The notes: generated from the sequence alone by a model not told the origin. A DNA stretch of 64,000 nt from Candidatus Pacebacteria bacterium GW2011_GWA1_46_10 (GCA_001002135.1 LCLP01000001.1:8417-72416); one strand, 5' to 3'; positions 1-9,481 are shown, counted from the stretch's first letter. Made by a program: numbers and translations.

Positions 1-1849
1 AAAAAGGATTGATGATAAGGTAAAAATTGTTAAGAAAATTGCCAAAAAGTCACGAAAAAATAAAGCACTTTTCTACGCCGGTTTGGCGACGATGGCCCTG
101 GGTGGAATAGTACTTTTCCTCTGGGGAATATTTGCTGTCACTACTGTTTTTGCTCGCAAAGAAATCAGCGCTTTTTTGGCCGACGGATTGACAGTGGAGC
201 AGGTCTACCACTCTGGTCCTTGGTCTCAACTCCTCCAGTTTCAGGTTGGCTATTATCAGCGTTTGGTTGGGCCAGAGATACTGAGTGAAGGAGGAGAATT
301 GGCCGAGTTTGAACAAACGCTCTTGGGATTACAACAGGAAATGAAACGCCTCGATTTTCTGTCGGAGCAGTATTTTTTGGGAATCTTGGGACAAGGGGAG
401 ACTTCAGCTGAGTTTCCGCCAGAGCTGGCAGCTCAACTGGTGATTACCCAGCGTCGTTTGAGTGAAATGATTTTGGCGGTTGAGTCGTTAGGGCAATTCC
501 AAGTGAAAGAATCAGAGCGCTGGTTAACAGCCCTAAAGGATGAGCAACAACAGCTGGCGATTTTAACGCAGTTTCCAGAGGTATTTACCGGAGTTTTTGG
601 GGGTGGTGGGAAGAAAATATATGCTGTGTTGCTGGAAAATAACCTGGAACTGCGTCCGAGCGGCGGCTTTATTCAGGCGGTGGCTTTTCTGACCTTTGAC
701 CGTGGTTTGCTGACAGACAGTCAAGTGGTGAATGTGTACGACCTTGATAACCGTTTGCCTGGGGCAGTACAGGCTCCGGCTGAAATTCAGCGCTACTTAG
801 GTGAGTCGAATTGGTACTTGAGAGACAGCAACTGGAATCCGGACTTTAAATTGGCAGCCCAGCAAGCTGCTTGGTTTATTCAACAGGCGACTGGCGTGCG
901 GGTAGATGGGGTGTGGGCGCTCAATTACCAGGCTTTGCAAGTGATGCTGGCGGCGCTAGGGCCGATGGAGTTACCAGTCTATGACGAGGTATTAACAAGC
1001 GACAACGTACTGGAGAGGGTAGAGTTCCACTCTGATGACGAACTAGTTGGTGCTGGTCAGCCGAAAAAAGAGTATGCAGTCGCGGTTTTTTCTCAGCTGT
1101 TGCGTCAGCTTCAGGTCATTCCTTTTGAAAAAGCCGGTCAAGTGCTCACCGCTTTGGCTGAGGGTTTAGAAAATAAGCAGATTTTATTGAGTTTTGCCGC
1201 CACAGATCTCCAGGAAGCGATGAGAAAACTGGAGTGGAGTGGAGAGGTTATTAATCCGGTTTGTCCTACCCAGTTTTCACCACTAACTTGTCTGGTTGAC
1301 CAAGTTTTTCAAGTCGAAGCGAATATTAGCCTGAATCGAGTGAATGCCTACGTTCGCCGCGAAGTACGCCACGACATTGATTTGGGTGGTGAAAAAGTGA
1401 CTCACACTCGTACCATCACCCTGAAAAATAACGCACCCTCTCAGGGCTGGCCATTGGGAACATACAAGGCATATTTTCGCTTTGTACTTGACGAGGAGGC
1501 CCAGCCAACCGGCGCGGCCGTTAACGGCAAAAAGCTGGCTGGAGAAAGTCTGGCTGTGTACTCAGAAAGAGGACGTAAAGTGGTCGGAGTGCCGGTGGCA
1601 GTGCCGCCGCAGGGGACAGCTACTTTGGAGTTGTCATATGTGACTGAGACGGTTCCCGTCGGCCCATTCTCTTACTTACTGTTTGATCAGAAGCAGGCGG
1701 GGGTAGCCAATACCCCTATTACTATTACCTTTTACAACCCTGATCACGAACCAACGTTAATTGCGCCAACAGCCAAGGTTTATGATAATTCGCTGGAGTT
1801 TTCACTTACCCAGACAGACCATCTTTTTGTCGGCGCTAGTTTCCAATAA
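1..1849 (+). CDS. DUF4012 domain-containing membrane-anchored protein (5' end lies outside the window)
   Basis: The frame is open from position 2 into the 83..1849 ORF. Motifs ENNLELRPSGGFI, YLRDSNWNPDF and VDGVWAL match DUF4012. A basic stretch is followed by one TM helix near the N-terminus. Confidence 0.8.
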   Translation, partial: KRIDDKVKIVKKIAKKSRKNKALFYAGLATMALGGIVLFLWGIFAVTTVFARKEISAFLADGLTVEQVYHSGPWSQLLQFQVGYYQRLVGPEILSEGGELAEFEQTLLGLQQEMKRLDFLSEQYFLGILGQGETSAEFPPELAAQLVITQRRLSEMILAVESLGQFQVKESERWLTALKDEQQQLAILTQFPEVFTGVFGGGGKKIYAVLLENNLELRPSGGFIQAVAFLTFDRGLLTDSQVVNVYDLDNRLPGAVQAPAEIQRYLGESNWYLRDSNWNPDFKLAAQQAAWFIQQATGVRVDGVWALNYQALQVMLAALGPMELPVYDEVLTSDNVLERVEFHSDDELVGAGQPKKEYAVAVFSQLLRQLQVIPFEKAGQVLTALAEGLENKQILLSFAATDLQEAMRKLEWSGEVINPVCPTQFSPLTCLVDQVFQVEANISLNRVNAYVRREVRHDIDLGGEKVTHTRTITLKNNAPSQGWPLGTYKAYFRFVLDEEAQPTGAAVNGKKLAGESLAVYSERGRKVVGVPVAVPPQGTATLELSYVTETVPVGPFSYLLFDQKQAGVANTPITITFYNPDHEPTLIAPTAKVYDNSLEFSLTQTDHLFVGASFQ

Positions 1850-2114
1850 AAAATTTTGGCGTTCTCAGTTAACCATAAATTTCATGATTTTTTCATTTTG
1901 GCGTGAGACACTGAAAGGTTTTCACGTGAGCCTAGGAAGATTTTGGGATATTTGGCTTAAAAAGCGTATTCACCAGTCCATTTTTGATATTTTTACTGAC
2001 AGTTGCCAATTCTTAATTTGATACTAAAAGATTCACTTATCAAAATCGTTGATTTGACCAGACTTTTTCGTGTTAGAATAGGCGCTCGAGTTGATGAGTT
2101 GAAGAAAACGAACG

Positions 2115-2840
2115 ATGACACAAACTACTTTTAAAGTCGAAAAACGAGCCGCTGAAAAACCAAAACATCTGCGCCGACAAGGTCTTGTGCCTGGTAATAT
2201 TTTTGGCAAAGATGGCTCGATTGCCGTACAGATGCCGGCTCGTGAGTTTGACGATCTCTATCAAGAGGTTGGCGAAACAGGGCTGATTTATTTGGCAGTA
2301 GCAGGCAGTCAAAAGCAACACCCAGTATTGGTCGATGAAGTGCAGACTGACCCGGTTGATGGTCACTATGTCCACGTGGCCTTCAAACAAGTGGCTTTAA
2401 CCGATAAGATCACGGCCGAGGTGCCGGTGGAGGTGATGGGCAAGTTTGAAGTACCAGAGGCGGTGATGGTAGTGGTCAAAGATGAGATTGAGGTTGAGGC
2501 TTTACCAACCGACTTGCCGGAAAAATTCGAGGTGGACGTCTCAACCCTCACGGCAATTGGTCAAATGATTACCTATAAAGATCTTCACTATGATCGCAGC
2601 AAAGTTGCCCTTATTTTGGGAGAAGAGGGTGAGGAGGAGCCAGTGGTGCTGGTTCAAGAACAGCGCGAGGAAGAACCGGAGGAACTCCCGCCCGCTCCGC
2701 CAGCGGAGGGCGAAGAGGGCGTGGCGCCAGAGGGCGAACAGCCGGCTGAAGGTGAAGGCAAATCTGAAGAAAAACAGTCCGCTGAGGGCAAAGCGCCGGA
2801 GTCGGCGAAAGCAGCTGCTGAAAAGCCAGCCGAAAAATAA
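2115..2840 (+). CDS. rplY: 50S ribosomal protein bL25 / Ctc with long acidic C-terminal tail
   Basis: LRRQGLVPGNIFG, VQTDPV..HVAF and IEVEALPTDLPE match L25 plus the TL5 C-terminal domain. Extended -10 TGtTAGAAT at 2071-2079. Confidence 0.93.
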   Translation: MTQTTFKVEKRAAEKPKHLRRQGLVPGNIFGKDGSIAVQMPAREFDDLYQEVGETGLIYLAVAGSQKQHPVLVDEVQTDPVDGHYVHVAFKQVALTDKITAEVPVEVMGKFEVPEAVMVVVKDEIEVEALPTDLPEKFEVDVSTLTAIGQMITYKDLHYDRSKVALILGEEGEEEPVVLVQEQREEEPEELPPAPPAEGEEGVAPEGEQPAEGEGKSEEKQSAEGKAPESAKAAAEKPAEK

Positions 2841-3278
2841 TTATTTCAGGAAAAAATCTCTGTTTGGATCGATGTAAAGGGCTAAATTTAAGTATTGGCT
2901 TGCCTTTTCATATTCTTGATTAGCTTGTGCCAGGATGGCTAGGTTGAGGTATTCGGCTTGGGAATGAAAATCATGGCTTTGACTGGTTTGGAGATATTCT
3001 TGGACAGTGAGCGGTAACTTAGTTGTTTCGATCGTCACCGGTACCGGAGCAACTTCATCACTGGCGGAGAGGTTGAGCGGTAGCTTTGGAGTGGGTTGAG
3101 GCTGGGGATTTGGCAGCAGCTGCCACCACGCACTCAGAGCAAGAATAATCAAGGTAAGGACAATGTTGATGAAAGTTATTCTCTTTAACCCTAAGGAGAA
3201 AATGGTGGCGTGAGAAAGAGTGTGGAGGTAGGTAGTAATAAGACGCAGTAAAAAGAAGGGGAATCGAAGCCGCCACAT
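2841..3278 (-). CDS. Hypothetical membrane protein with a single C-terminal TPR-like motif
   Basis: One TM segment, a Pro-rich linker, then YLNLAILAQANQEYEKASQYLNLALYIDPN (TPR-like). Start placed at ATG 3278, just after the valS stop. Confidence 0.6.
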   Translation of the reverse strand: MWRLRFPFFLLRLITTYLHTLSHATIFSLGLKRITFINIVLTLIILALSAWWQLLPNPQPQPTPKLPLNLSASDEVAPVPVTIETTKLPLTVQEYLQTSQSHDFHSQAEYLNLAILAQANQEYEKASQYLNLALYIDPNRDFFLK

Positions 3279-3285
3279 AACAGCT

Positions 3286-5595
3286 TTATTGTGCCAAAGA
3301 ATCGGTCGGCCAGGAAGCACCGATTAATGTTGGTTCGACAGTAAGATCGTGTTGACGTAGTACTTGCCAAACGGCTTCAGTGACAAAGGGCACGAACGGG
3401 TGCATTAACTTTAAAAATACTCTGAGACCGGTGAGTAGTTGCTGACCGCCCAGTTTATTGGCCTTACCAAGCTCGATGCACTCATCGCAGTACCAGTGCC
3501 AAAACTGGTTGTAAACGGTGTCTGCTGCTAAACCGATTTGAAATTGATTGAGGTTTTGAGTGATAGTTTGAATGGTTTGGGACAGCTTTTTTGCAAATTG
3601 TTGATTGAGTTTTTTTTCACCGGTTTGGTTTTTATCCAGATGTCCTAGGATAAAGCGGCTGGCGTTCCAGATTTTATTCGTTAAGTTGCGGCCGGCGCGA
3701 AAATCTTGTTCACCGACCGCTTTGTCTAAACCCGCGGTCGAACGAATCACCAGTGCCATTCTCAGCGCGTCAGCACCGTATTTTTCGGCTACAGTCAGGG
3801 GGTTGACCACATTACCCTTACTCTTACTCATTTTCTGTCCCTTGGCGTCTCTGATCAGTCCGTGCAGATAAATGTCGGTAAAGGGTAATTGACCGGTGGC
3901 ATATTGCCCCATAAAAAGCATGCGCATGACCCAGAAAACCAAAATGTCATAGGCGGTTTCCATTACTTGGGTGGGATAGAAGCGTTTAAAGTCTTCCTTT
4001 GACAGACTTTTCAGCGTCGTGAACGGCCATTGGGATGAGCTGAACCAAGTATCAAGCGTGTCGGTTTCTTGAAGATACTCCGCGCCAGGGGAGTCGGTTG
4101 AAAGAACATACTCGGCTTTCAGGGGTGCACGCAGCTCTTGCAAGCCTTGATTAATTGTTTTGATTGAGTGGGTTTTAAGGAGTTCACTGATCTGACCGCT
4201 GGTTTTTTGACCAGCTTGGTTAAGAAAAGTGACCAGGAGATCGGGGTTTGTTTTCGTTGAGTACCACGCCGGCATGCGAATGCCCCAAACGATTTGGCGA
4301 GAGATGTTCCAGTCATTGAGATTTTTCAGCCAGTGTTTAAGGGTTTTATCGTAACCAGCCCCATATACTCGGAATTTTTTGTTTTTCAAATTTTGTAAAA
4401 CCGGTTCAACCAATGGTTTTACCTTGATGAAAAACTGAGGCAAGGGGAGTGGCTCGATGGGATTTTGGCAACGATAACAAACAGCGATGGTATTGGTGTA
4501 GTTGGGGTTGTAGTCGACCAACAGACCATCTTTCATCAAGTCCTCCCTCATTTCCTCGTGCATCTGTTTGACTTTGAGGCCATGATATTTTTGCGCCCGT
4601 TGCCAGTATTTGGTCTTGAGTGCTTTGGCTTGACTACTCAAGTTTTTATTGACGGGGTTTTCTGGATCATTAGCCGGATCGTTCAGAAACCATGAAAAAT
4701 CCATTCTACCCTGGAGTGTGATAATCGGAGTGACTGGTAAGTGATGTTTTTTACCGAGTTCAAAATCATGTGGATCATGAGCTGGCGTGACCTTCATGAT
4801 GCCGGTGCCAAACTCCGGGTCCACGTGTTCATCGGCGATGACTGTCATTTTGGTTGGGCCGAGTAAACCCAGTACCTCGAGGGTCTGACCGATGTGTTTT
4901 TTATATCGCTTGTCCTTGGGATTAACAGCTAACGCTGTATCACGGAACTTAGTTTCTGGGCGGGCAGTGGCAATGACAAATGGGCCATATTTGATTTTGT
5001 AAAAACCAGCCGGCCGTTGTTCGTGTTCCACCTCAAGGTTGGAAAAGGCGGTCCCACAGTGAGTACAATAGTTAACGAGCTGTTCGTCTCGATAGAGCAG
5101 ACCGTCTTGGTGGAGTTTGAGGAGTGTTTTAAGGGCTTCGTCAACCGCTTTTTTATCAAGGGTAAAAACAAATCGTGACCAGTCGGCGCTCGCCCCCAGT
5201 TTTTTCATTTGATCCAGCGCTACGCCGGAGTTTTCCTGCACATAGTCCCCAATCATTTGATAGAGGGTTTCTCGGTCAAAATCAAAGCGGCTCTTCCCCT
5301 CCTTTTTGAGTTTCTTTTCAAACACAAACTGCGTTTCAATACCGGCATGATCAGTGCCGGGCAGCCACAGCGCATCGTCGCCCAGCATCCGGTGAAAGCG
5401 AATCAAGATGTCTTCGATGGTTACAAACATGGCGTGACCCACGTGGAGTGGGTCATTGGCATTGGGTGGGGGCATGATGATCGTGAATGGTTTTTGCCCC
5501 TTTCCTCGAGTTTTAGCGGGGGCGAAGGCGCCGCTTTTTGCCCAAAGTTGGTAGATTTTAGCTTCGGTTTGGCTGTGATCGTAACGTGAATCCAT
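3286..5595 (-). CDS. valS: Valine--tRNA ligase (short form, no C-terminal coiled coil)
   Basis: PPPNANDPLHVGH (HIGH), GTDHAGIETQ, KVTPAHD, WNISRQIVWG, DTWFSS and KMSKSKGN. Start ATG 5595 is preceded by TGaTACAAT-N7. Confidence 0.96.
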   Translation of the reverse strand: MDSRYDHSQTEAKIYQLWAKSGAFAPAKTRGKGQKPFTIIMPPPNANDPLHVGHAMFVTIEDILIRFHRMLGDDALWLPGTDHAGIETQFVFEKKLKKEGKSRFDFDRETLYQMIGDYVQENSGVALDQMKKLGASADWSRFVFTLDKKAVDEALKTLLKLHQDGLLYRDEQLVNYCTHCGTAFSNLEVEHEQRPAGFYKIKYGPFVIATARPETKFRDTALAVNPKDKRYKKHIGQTLEVLGLLGPTKMTVIADEHVDPEFGTGIMKVTPAHDPHDFELGKKHHLPVTPIITLQGRMDFSWFLNDPANDPENPVNKNLSSQAKALKTKYWQRAQKYHGLKVKQMHEEMREDLMKDGLLVDYNPNYTNTIAVCYRCQNPIEPLPLPQFFIKVKPLVEPVLQNLKNKKFRVYGAGYDKTLKHWLKNLNDWNISRQIVWGIRMPAWYSTKTNPDLLVTFLNQAGQKTSGQISELLKTHSIKTINQGLQELRAPLKAEYVLSTDSPGAEYLQETDTLDTWFSSSQWPFTTLKSLSKEDFKRFYPTQVMETAYDILVFWVMRMLFMGQYATGQLPFTDIYLHGLIRDAKGQKMSKSKGNVVNPLTVAEKYGADALRMALVIRSTAGLDKAVGEQDFRAGRNLTNKIWNASRFILGHLDKNQTGEKKLNQQFAKKLSQTIQTITQNLNQFQIGLAADTVYNQFWHWYCDECIELGKANKLGGQQLLTGLRVFLKLMHPFVPFVTEAVWQVLRQHDLTVEPTLIGASWPTDSLAQ

Positions 5596-5678
5596 ACGCC
5601 AAATTGTATCACGCTCCCTCTGGAAAGATGCAAAAAGCATGATTCTGGTCAGTAATTTCGACTTACTATTCTCAGTAT

Positions 5679-6380
5679 ATGAAAGCTATTCCGACTCACA
5701 TTGCCATCATTATGGACGGGAATCGCCGTTGGGCTCGTCGCCATGGTTTGAAAACGGTCCTTGGCCATCGGTATATGGTGGAGAAAGGGCTCAAGCGGGT
5801 AGTGCGGACAGCCAAAGCATTAGGGGTGAAGTACTTAACACTCTGGGCTTTGAGTACCGAAAATTGGGATCGTGATCCAGCGGAAATTCGTTACTTGATG
5901 AAGCTTTTCCGCGAACTCTTTACTTCTCAGGCGAAAGCGCTCCACCAAGAAAACGTCAAGTTGCGAACCATCGGTGACCTGTCGCGCTTTGACAAGGATA
6001 TTCGAGAGAATGTTAAAAAATGGGTTGATTTATCAAGAAAAAACAATGGAATTACAGTCACGCTGGCTCTCAACTACGGTGGCCGAGATGAAATGCTGCG
6101 CGCTATTCAGGCGTATGGCTCGGACGTGAAAAGCGGTAAGCTCAACGGCCACGCGCTGACGCAAAAACAGTTTGCCGCTTACTTGGATACTGCTGACTTG
6201 CCCGATCCAGATTTGATTATTCGTTCTGGCGGTGAGCAGCGCTTATCGGGCTTTTTGCTTTGGCAGAGTAATTATGCTGAGCTCTATTTTACAAAGACCT
6301 TAATGCCGGATTTTGACGCGGCGGCTTTGCGTAGAGCGGTCAGTGAGTTTGGTCGTCGCCAACGGCGATTTGGGAGGTAA
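5679..6380 (+). CDS. uppS: Undecaprenyl/polyprenyl diphosphate synthase
   Basis: HIAIIMDGNRRWA, STENW.R, NYGGR.E, DLIIRSGGEQRLSGFLLWQ and a terminal RRFGR. Confidence 0.96.
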   Translation: MKAIPTHIAIIMDGNRRWARRHGLKTVLGHRYMVEKGLKRVVRTAKALGVKYLTLWALSTENWDRDPAEIRYLMKLFRELFTSQAKALHQENVKLRTIGDLSRFDKDIRENVKKWVDLSRKNNGITVTLALNYGGRDEMLRAIQAYGSDVKSGKLNGHALTQKQFAAYLDTADLPDPDLIIRSGGEQRLSGFLLWQSNYAELYFTKTLMPDFDAAALRRAVSEFGRRQRRFGR

Positions 6381-6410
6381 CTATTTTTCTAGTTATTGAA
6401 ACCGAAATAG

Positions 6411-6830
6411 TTAGATACCAGTTGATTCAGAGGAAGGAATTTTAAACTCTAAAATCGTCCTCACCCCAGTAAAATCAGCAATGAGATTGAGAATGATGAA
6501 CGCTGAGACCGCTACCACCAAGCCGATGATGGCGTAGGTAACTGAGTTTCTGCCTTTTTCCACCTGCTTGGTGTCGCCGCCGGAAACCAGTAATCGGAAA
6601 CTAGCGACGATCAACATGATAAAAGCAGTCACCCCAACCAAGGTGAGAAAAATCGACAGCACGTTGGCCAGCAAGCACTGTAAACCCTGGATAGTAGCCA
6701 CGGTTTCGTCAGTGGGACTAACACAGACCCCGCTCCATGGACTGGTTTGAGCAAAAACCGGAGAGACACTAGCGAGTTGGAGGCCGAGGAAAAAGAAAAC
6801 GATGGAGATGGTTTTACTCAGCAGTTTCAT
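6411..6830 (-). CDS. TrbC/VirB2-like pilin (paralog 7)
   Basis: Signal peptide (SPVFA|Q), two TM helices flanking SGGDTKQVEKGRN, and a Cys pair in the N-terminal mature region. Confidence 0.78.
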   Translation of the reverse strand: MKLLSKTISIVFFFLGLQLASVSPVFAQTSPWSGVCVSPTDETVATIQGLQCLLANVLSIFLTLVGVTAFIMLIVASFRLLVSGGDTKQVEKGRNSVTYAIIGLVVAVSAFIILNLIADFTGVRTILEFKIPSSESTGI

Positions 6831-6879
6831 GGCGTTGATTATACATAATCACTTATCTTTCATAAAAACTTCCTTTAAC

Positions 6880-6911
6880 AAAAACCCCCGCCGGAAAAGA
6901 CGGGGGTTTTT
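6880..6911. terminator. Intrinsic, bidirectional-looking terminator downstream of the major pilin
   Basis: AAAAACCCCCG-N10-CGGGGGTTTTT perfect inverted repeat, 16 nt after the 6928 stop. Confidence 0.85.
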
Positions 6912-6927
6912 CGAGTTCCAGTTTTTT

Positions 6928-7329
6928 TTACCCATCGATGGTCCGAGTGTTAAACACTTCGTTCAAACCGCCGGAGAAGCCGAGGAAGTTCAACGCCAAA
7001 GTAAGGATGGCGTACGAAGCAGCGACGACGATCAGACCAATTACGGCCGAAGTAATTTTATTGCGTGCGCTCTCGGTTTTACCCTTATCTCCACCACTAG
7101 TGATCCATTCAATACCACCCCAGATGAGGTAAAGGAAAACTAATAAGGCGGCAATCACCATCACAAAACTTAAAACGCCATTGATGAGCTTCCCAAAGTC
7201 GGTGGCAAAACCTTGGCCGGGATCAACCGGTGTGTCAGTGATGCTTTCTGCGGCGACTGGCAGCGCGGCGGCCGCGAAACTGGCTACTGAAACGCTGGCT
7301 GAGAGGGCCAGTTTTTGCAGTTTATTCAT
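6928..7329 (-). CDS. TrbC/VirB2-like pilin, probable major pilin (paralog 6)
   Basis: Ala-rich signal peptide (LPVAA|E) and WITSGGDKGKTESARNKIT between two TM helices. Has its own promoter, SD and terminator. Confidence 0.82.
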   Translation of the reverse strand: MNKLQKLALSASVSVASFAAAALPVAAESITDTPVDPGQGFATDFGKLINGVLSFVMVIAALLVFLYLIWGGIEWITSGGDKGKTESARNKITSAVIGLIVVAASYAILTLALNFLGFSGGLNEVFNTRTIDG

Positions 7330-7333
7330 AGTT

Positions 7334-7404
7334 CTCCTTTGTTACTTTTTGTTTCTTACTAACCTTAAGCTCGTATTATATCCATGTTTTGTTTTAAACG
7401 TCAA
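7334..7404 (-). promoter_or_regulatory. Sigma70 promoter and Shine-Dalgarno of the major pilin
   Basis: Minus strand: TTGACG (7404-7399), 18 nt, TATAAT (7380-7375). AAGGAG (7339-7334) lies 4 nt before the ATG. Confidence 0.8.
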
Positions 7405-7427
7405 AAGCTTTCTGAGAGCAGTCTGTT

Positions 7428-7751
7428 TTAACAGCCACCGCCGAAGCTGAGAACACAAATATCCAATAGCTGTTGAATAATCATAAAGATAGCGGTTGAG
7501 GCAGCTAAAACAATCAGACCAGTGACGGCATTCATGATTTTGTTGCGCGCCCCCTCCACCTTGCTTTTATCACCCCCACTGGTGATCCACTCCACTGCTC
7601 CCCAGATAAGGTACAGCAAGACGAGTAGGGCGGCGATGGCCATCACGGCGCTCATCAGACCGCCCAGAAAAGAGCCAAAGTCACCGCCTGATCCTGGCAG
7701 ATCGGCTTGTTGCCCCGCTTCTTTTAGATCGATAGTAGTTGGTTCTGGCAT
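7428..7751 (-). CDS. TrbC/VirB2-like pilin (paralog 5, no obvious signal peptide)
   Basis: WITSGGDKSKVEGARNKIM between two TM helices. Start placed at ATG 7751, after the upstream stop at 7765. Confidence 0.78.
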   Translation of the reverse strand: MPEPTTIDLKEAGQQADLPGSGGDFGSFLGGLMSAVMAIAALLVLLYLIWGAVEWITSGGDKSKVEGARNKIMNAVTGLIVLAASTAIFMIIQQLLDICVLSFGGGC

Positions 7752-7764
7752 ATGAGTGTAATTT

Positions 7765-8187
7765 TTATTCTGGCAATACGTCTGGTCTGGGTATGTCCAG
7801 GATACTAAAACTTTCTCCAAACAGTAAATCACTCAGGAAGTTAAGAATGACGAAAGTACCAACTAAGACAATTAAACCGATGACAGCTTGAGTGATCCGG
7901 TTGCGGGCATTTTCTAATTTTCCCTTGTCCCCGCCACTGACGATCCACTCGATTGCTCCCCAAATGAAAAGCACGATGGTAGCGATCGCGCCGATGGCCA
8001 GCATAGCCTTCCAGAGACCGACAAAGTAGTTGGCAAAGGCAGTACCTTCGTTAGCCAGTTCTGGGTCGGTGAGCTCTCCTTGCAATACTGGGTTTTTGAG
8101 CTGCGCCAGCGCTGTGCTGGTAGAGAAAAGCAAGAGCGAGAGGGTGGTTGAGGCGATGGTGGTAAGTTGGCGCAGCGATTTTTTCAT
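7765..8187 (-). CDS. TrbC/VirB2-like pilin (paralog 4)
   Basis: Signal peptide (TALA|Q) followed by LKNP, then WIVSGGDKGKLENARNRIT. Confidence 0.8.
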   Translation of the reverse strand: MKKSLRQLTTIASTTLSLLLFSTSTALAQLKNPVLQGELTDPELANEGTAFANYFVGLWKAMLAIGAIATIVLFIWGAIEWIVSGGDKGKLENARNRITQAVIGLIVLVGTFVILNFLSDLLFGESFSILDIPRPDVLPE

Positions 8188-8194
8188 TCGATGA

Positions 8195-8605
8195 TTAAGT
8201 ACCCGGACTGAGGGGAGTGACTAGGTTTCTAATCTGGCCTGCTGGGTTGAGAAAGTCTAAGCCGATGATACCGCTCAGCAAACCAAGCAAACTGTATGAG
8301 GCGACGATGATAACCATGCCTAAAACGCCGTAGAGCATCCGGTTGCGGGCTTTCTCCAACTTACCTTTATCCCCACCACTAGTGATCCACTCGAAAGCGC
8401 CAAGAACGAAATAGACCACGAAAAAGAGTGAGGCCAACACGGTCATAAAGCCGATGAGATTGGAGATGAAGCTCTCTAAGTTTTCCAGCGCCGCCTCGCC
8501 AGTTTCGTCAGTACCCGATCTTTCACTAAAAGCGCTGGTGGGTGGGTCGAAGGTGCCAATATTGGTTGGTTGTTGAGCGATAAGAGAAAAAATATTGAGC
8601 ATCAC
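8195..8605 (-). CDS. TrbC/VirB2-like pilin (paralog 3)
   Basis: WITSGGDKGKLEKARNRML between two TM helices. Overlaps the upstream gene by 4 nt. Confidence 0.8.
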   Translation of the reverse strand: MMLNIFSLIAQQPTNIGTFDPPTSAFSERSGTDETGEAALENLESFISNLIGFMTVLASLFFVVYFVLGAFEWITSGGDKGKLEKARNRMLYGVLGMVIIVASYSLLGLLSGIIGLDFLNPAGQIRNLVTPLSPGT

Positions 8606-9072
8606 CCACCCCCTATTACGGTAAAGCTGGGACTTAAAATGTACGTGGCGTCACCAAAAACCACTAGGCCGACGATCGCGGCCAGCGTATATGCTCCGAC
8701 GATCAAGGCAATGCCGACTAAACTGTAGGTCATTTTTTGAGAAGCTTCAGCGTGAGACTTGGCGTCACCAGTGGCGGTGATATATGTCCAACCAGCCAGA
8801 ATAAAATTGACCATCACCCACACCCCGGCGACAATCGTGCCAATCTTGATGATGTTGGAGAGAAACAAAATGAGGCCAATTTGTTCGCCGCTAGCGGCGT
8901 CGTATTTCTCTACTCCGGCGGGAGGACTGATGGTGCCAAAGATCTCATCAGTCTCACTACTTCCTTGGAGCCCCCCGCTGGCTCCACCCGGTTGGGCGAT
9001 CACGGCTTGAGCTTGGGCGGGGAAGATCGTGAAAAAGCAAACAGTCAGTGCCAGCGCAAAAAGTTTTTTCAT
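8602..9072 (-). CDS. TrbC/VirB2-like pilin (paralog 2)
   Basis: Signal peptide (AQA|V) and YITATGDAKSHAEASQKMT between two TM helices. Confidence 0.75.
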   Translation of the reverse strand: MKKLFALALTVCFFTIFPAQAQAVIAQPGGASGGLQGSSETDEIFGTISPPAGVEKYDAASGEQIGLILFLSNIIKIGTIVAGVWVMVNFILAGWTYITATGDAKSHAEASQKMTYSLVGIALIVGAYTLAAIVGLVVFGDATYILSPSFTVIGGG

Positions 9073-9100
9073 GTATTTTAAGATTGTAGTATAGGTTTTC

Positions 9101-9442
9101 TTACAAGGGAATATCTGCCCCTGTGACTTGTTTAATAATCTGAACGACCCAGTACGCTATAAACATCACCACGATGCCTACTCCAGTCGTGAGCACGATT
9201 TTCATCGCTTCTTGAATACCCTTTTGTCCTTTGATCAAAAATTTATAGCCAGCCAGGATAACCATGATCATCACGGCAATGCCCGCGACTACAAATAGAT
9301 TTGGCACAATTAAGTTGACGAGAGTTGAGGGAGAAGTGTACACGTCTTTGACCGGCGTCCCGTCACTCAGGGTATAAGCACAGCCAAGTTCGAAGCCTGC
9401 TTCACTGCTGCCCGGGCTGGTGGCGCAACTACTTTCACTCAT
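9101..9442 (-). CDS. TrbC/VirB2-like pilin (paralog 1, divergent)
   Basis: Two TM helices around AGYKFLIKGQKGIQEAMK, and the tail AYWVVQIIKQVTG. Confidence 0.65.
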   Translation of the reverse strand: MSESSCATSPGSSEAGFELGCAYTLSDGTPVKDVYTSPSTLVNLIVPNLFVVAGIAVMIMVILAGYKFLIKGQKGIQEAMKIVLTTGVGIVVMFIAYWVVQIIKQVTGADIPL

Positions 9443-9481
9443 TGGGTGGTATTATATCAACACATTACAGAGGAAAACCAC

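Noticed and set aside
1850-2114. Riboswitch or ncRNA in the longer intergenic regions (also 33864-34099)
   Set aside because: No recognisable conserved motif or convincing stem was found by eye. An Rfam scan would be needed to exclude one.
6411-9442. Type IV (PilA-like) pilins or a diversity-generating retroelement target array
   Set aside because: No class III signal (G|FxxxE), no reverse transcriptase, and no near-identical template/variable repeat pair were seen.
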